Positions 56,503-60,040 of a stretch of 60,040 nt of DNA are shown piece after piece. How positions within the stretch are numbered: position 1 is the stretch's first letter; each line of letters opens with the position of its first letter. This DNA comes from Candidatus Aenigmatarchaeota archaeon (GTDB lineage Archaea; EX4484-52), in contig JAGLPV010000024.1 in the NCBI GenBank assembly GCA_023137195.1, positions 1-60,040 of the forward strand. Direction: 5' to 3'. Under the pieces are notes generated by a model. That model was not told the DNA's origin and ran no database searches. It worked only from the letters and a program-made list of their open reading frames with translations. Position numbers and translations under genes: made by a program.

Positions 56503-59500
56503 ATGGAGACTGTTGATTTTAGACAAACAGAGGTTAAGTGGCAGACCAAATGGAAAAAAGACGATATATTCAGAACAAAAGAGGACAAAAAGAAGAAGAA
56601 ATACTATTGCCTCGAAATGTTTCCTTATCCTTCGGGCAAGCTTCATATGGGGCATGTGCGCAATTATTCTATAGGGGATTGTTTTGCGAGATACAAGAGG
56701 ATGAATGGATTTAATGTTTTATATCCTATGGGCTATGATTCCCTGGGGCTCCCGGCAGAGAATGCGGCAATAAAGAATAAATCTCATCCGAAAATATGGA
56801 CACAGAAATGCATTGAGATGATGAAGGAACAGCAGGAGCAGATGGGTTTTTCCTATGACTGGAGCCGGGAAGTGGACACTTACAAACCAGAGTATTATAA
56901 ATGGAACCAGTGGATATTTTTGAAATTATATGAAAAAGGTCTGGCTTATAAGAAAGAGGCGCCAATCAACTGGTGTCCCGGCTGTGCCACTGTACTTGCA
57001 AATGAGCAGGTGGAGGACGGCAAATGCTGGAGATGCAAATCAATAGTTGAAGAGAAAAATATTTCACAGTGGTTCTTTAAGATTACAGATTATGCAGATG
57101 AATTACTCTCGGATATTGATAAATTAGAAAAATGGCCTGAGAAAGTGAAAGTGATGCAGAAGAACTGGATAGGGAAGTCTGAAGGGACAGAAATTCAGTT
57201 TAATGTTGTTGATTCAGATATTATAATATCTACATTTACTACAAGACCGGACACAGTTTATGGTATAACTTATCTTGTGCTTGCGCCGGAACATCCGGCG
57301 GTGGTTGAATTGACCAAAGGCACCCCTTTTGAGAAAAAAGTAAATGATTATATCAAAAAGGCAAAGAAACTCTCTACTATACAGAGGACTGATGCGACAA
57401 AAGAAAAGACAGGGGTATTTACAGGACGGTATTTTATAAATCCTGTGAATGGGGATAAGTGCCCTTTGTATGTTGCAGACTATGCTCTTATGAGTTATGG
57501 GACTGGGGCGGTCATGGCAGTTCCTGCCCACGACCAGAGGGATTTTGATTTTGCAAAAAAATATGATTTGGCTGTAAAGACTGTTATTGTTCCGAAGAAG
57601 AAGAAACTTGCGATTATTGTTCATGGATTTGAAGGACATGCAGAAAGTAATTTTTATCCATGTGCAAAAAAGAAATTGGAGGAAATAGGATATGATGTGG
57701 TATTGGAGGATATGCCTGACTCGTATCATCCTGAAATGGAAAAATGGACAGGTGTTTTAAATAAGTACAAAAACAGGATTGATGAAGATACTATTATAAT
57801 CGGACACAGTCTGGGGGGTTCGGTTGCTCCTTATTTTGTCAGTAAGTTGGATAAAAAAATTAAGGCATTGTATTTAGTTGCACCAACCAGTGAATTAATG
57901 AATTTTAATAAGCTTAGAAAAGAAGGTGAAGAATCAGACATAGATAGTTTGGAGAAAGTTGCAAAACATAATATTAGTTGGGGTAAAGTAAAAAAGAATT
58001 CCGATAAAATTTTTGTTTTTCTCTCAGATAATGATGACTGTATTCCTATTAAATCAAAAGGATATTTTGAAAACAAAGGTGCTGTATGCGAGGTTCTGCA
58101 TAATAAAGGGCATTTTAATAATTTAGAATTACCGGAATTAATTGAAGAAATTTTTGACAGGGCATACACCGATCCCGGCATCATGGTAAACTCAGATAAG
58201 TTTAATGGGATTAGTAATGAAGATGCCAAGAAAAAAATAACTGATTATTTAATTAAAAATAAGTGCGCCAAAAGGACTGTCAACTATAAATTAAGAGACT
58301 GGCTTATTTCGAGGCAAAGGTACTGGGGGACTCCAATACCAATGGTTTATTGTGATAAATGCGGGATTGTTCCTGTGCCTGAAAAGGATTTGCCTGTAAA
58401 GTTGCCGGAAAAGGCAAAATTCACAGGGAAAGGAAACCCTCTTGACAAGGCAGAGGATTTTATAAACACAAAATGTCCAAAGTGTGGCGGTAATGCAAAA
58501 AGAGAGACAGACACAATGGATACGTTTGTGGATTCTTCATGGTATTTTTTCAGATACTGTGATTCTGATAATGATAAATTGCCGTTCGGCAAAATTGCAT
58601 CGCACTGGATGCCTGTAGATCAATACATCGGCGGGATAGAGCATGCAATTCTTCATCTTTTGTATGCGCGGTTTTTTACTAAGGCACTGCGGGATATTGG
58701 ATTGACTGATGTTGATGAGCCGTTTACACGACTGTTGGCGCAGGGGATGGTAAATAAGGACGGTGTTAAGATGAGTAAGTCGCTTGGAAATGTTGTTGAC
58801 CCGGGGGAAATTATCGGCAAGTTCGGGGCAGATACAATAAGGATGTTTATTTTGTCTTCTGCTCTGCCTGAAAAAGAGCTTGAATGGTCAGACAAAGGTG
58901 CTTATTCTACTTATAAGTTTTTGAATAAGATTTACCGCCTTGTTGAGGATAACAAGAAAAATTATATTAAAGGAGAGATAAAAGTAAAAGACCTTGATGA
59001 TGCAACAAGATTCCTGCTTTCAAAAACACATATGACTATAAAGGGAGTTACTGAGGATATTGAAGAATTTAAATTGAGCTTTGCAATATCTAAAATAATG
59101 TCTTTTGCGAATCAGATTATAAAATATAATGGAAATGTTTCTAAGTTGGATGGAAATCAGAGGGTGGTTGTGAGTAGTTCGATAGATGCGCTTTTAGGGT
59201 TGTTGAGTCCGTTTACTCCACATCTGGCAGAGGAATGCAATGAGATGCTCGGGAATAAGAATTATATGTCTGTCCGGGGATGGTCTGTTTTGAACGATAA
59301 GTTTATTGATTACGAATTGATTAAGAAATATGATTTTATTGATTCTGTGATTGAAGATATAAATGAAGTTAGAAAGATTGTTAGAGGAGATTTGAAAAAA
59401 GTTAATTTGTATATTGCACCAGAGTGGAAATATTTTGCATTTAATAAGGCTGTGGGGGTTGAGGATAAAGCTCAGTTGTTTGGCGTGCTGATGGGCGAGG

Positions 59501-59733
59501 ATAGGGTGAAAAAGTACGGGAAAGAAGCGGCAGATTATATTAAATACATGCAGAAAAATCCTCCGCTTAAAAAAGCTGATAGGAAGTCTGAGTGGGATAT
59601 TTTGAAAGAGGAAGTTGCTTATGTTTCTAAATGTGTTGGGCTGGAGATTAAAGTTTTGGATTCTGTTGAGTTTGAAGGGAATTTGAAGGCGGGGAGAGCT
59701 CAGCCGGGGAAGCCTGGGATTGAGTTGGTTTGA
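56503..59733 (+). CDS. leuS: Leucyl-tRNA synthetase with inserted alpha/beta hydrolase
   Basis: MFPYPSG.LHMGH, FTTRPDT, GTGAVMAVPAHDQRD, DWLISRQRYWG, KMSKS; insertion about 57601-58158. Confidence 0.95.
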   Translation: METVDFRQTEVKWQTKWKKDDIFRTKEDKKKKKYYCLEMFPYPSGKLHMGHVRNYSIGDCFARYKRMNGFNVLYPMGYDSLGLPAENAAIKNKSHPKIWTQKCIEMMKEQQEQMGFSYDWSREVDTYKPEYYKWNQWIFLKLYEKGLAYKKEAPINWCPGCATVLANEQVEDGKCWRCKSIVEEKNISQWFFKITDYADELLSDIDKLEKWPEKVKVMQKNWIGKSEGTEIQFNVVDSDIIISTFTTRPDTVYGITYLVLAPEHPAVVELTKGTPFEKKVNDYIKKAKKLSTIQRTDATKEKTGVFTGRYFINPVNGDKCPLYVADYALMSYGTGAVMAVPAHDQRDFDFAKKYDLAVKTVIVPKKKKLAIIVHGFEGHAESNFYPCAKKKLEEIGYDVVLEDMPDSYHPEMEKWTGVLNKYKNRIDEDTIIIGHSLGGSVAPYFVSKLDKKIKALYLVAPTSELMNFNKLRKEGEESDIDSLEKVAKHNISWGKVKKNSDKIFVFLSDNDDCIPIKSKGYFENKGAVCEVLHNKGHFNNLELPELIEEIFDRAYTDPGIMVNSDKFNGISNEDAKKKITDYLIKNKCAKRTVNYKLRDWLISRQRYWGTPIPMVYCDKCGIVPVPEKDLPVKLPEKAKFTGKGNPLDKAEDFINTKCPKCGGNAKRETDTMDTFVDSSWYFFRYCDSDNDKLPFGKIASHWMPVDQYIGGIEHAILHLLYARFFTKALRDIGLTDVDEPFTRLLAQGMVNKDGVKMSKSLGNVVDPGEIIGKFGADTIRMFILSSALPEKELEWSDKGAYSTYKFLNKIYRLVEDNKKNYIKGEIKVKDLDDATRFLLSKTHMTIKGVTEDIEEFKLSFAISKIMSFANQIIKYNGNVSKLDGNQRVVVSSSIDALLGLLSPFTPHLAEECNEMLGNKNYMSVRGWSVLNDKFIDYELIKKYDFIDSVIEDINEVRKIVRGDLKKVNLYIAPEWKYFAFNKAVGVEDKAQLFGVLMGEDRVKKYGKEAADYIKYMQKNPPLKKADRKSEWDILKEEVAYVSKCVGLEIKVLDSVEFEGNLKAGRAQPGKPGIELV

Positions 59734-59747
59734 TGGAAAAATAAATT

Positions 59748-60040
59748 TCATTTTTCATCATACAACTTTTTCAAATTAATCATCATGTTTGGTATTGAAA
59801 ATAAAACAATTGCAATTAAACCTAAAAAATAAGCTACAAAGTCTTTTATTTTTTTCGTTTTATCTTCTTCGGTCATAAAAGTAAATGGCTTTAAAACGCC
59901 CAATTTTCTTAAATGATTATGCTCATCATATCCTTCAAATTTAAATAGTATTCTTTGAACATTTTGTTCTTTTGGTGGGAAAAAAGATAGTTTATTATGT
60001 ATTGTTTTGTATGTTGTATTTTCACCAATAAATTCTATAT
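59748..60040 (-). CDS. 3' end of a hypothetical membrane protein entering from the right edge
   Basis: Read manually: open frame IEFIGEN...FVAYFLGLIAIVLFSIP...YDEK-stop (TGA at 59748-59750). Confidence 0.55.
   Translation of the reverse strand, partial: IEFIGENTTYKTIHNKLSFFPPKEQNVQRILFKFEGYDEHNHLRKLGVLKPFTFMTEEDKTKKIKDFVAYFLGLIAIVLFSIPNMMINLKKLYDEK

Noticed and set aside
57601-58158. Intein in LeuRS
   Set aside because: No splice-junction residues or LAGLIDADG motifs; insert has alpha/beta hydrolase motifs

Overview
AT-rich archaeal chromosome segment, most consistent with a DPANN-type lineage (inference from diphthine synthase, Hjc, archaeal-type AspRS, a class III signal-peptide pilin, TATA boxes about 25-30 bp before start codons and Cys-rich surface proteins). 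Contents, left to right: DUF2178-like membrane gene array, dapB, a small wHTH/RelE-like pair, gene fragments, and a 5 kb AT-rich putative defence island (T/G-mismatch glycosylase, C5 DNA methyltransferase, MORC-type GHKL ATPase fused to a histidine kinase, receiver domain fused to an RxxxxH HEPN-like domain, no recognisable restriction endonuclease). Then a complete argGFJBDCH operon, housekeeping genes (dph5, nrdD lacking its glycyl-radical tail, hjc, trxB, aspS, eno), an Mtd-like dehydrogenase, a 13 kb surface-protein island (PEF-CTERM protein, archaeosortase, 1942 aa modular protein), an oxidative pentose phosphate operon with a duplicated pgl fused to zwf, a Fic protein, and a LeuRS carrying an inserted serine hydrolase. 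A dispersed intergenic repeat family (core TTAATCCACAGA / CTGTGGAT) occurs at five sites. One pair of these arms brackets the toxin-antitoxin-like genes, and one copy encloses three 37-bp units whose hairpins differ in sequence but keep their pairing. No rRNA, tRNA, CRISPR array, transposase or integrase was recognised. All family assignments are from motif recognition by eye, not database searches.
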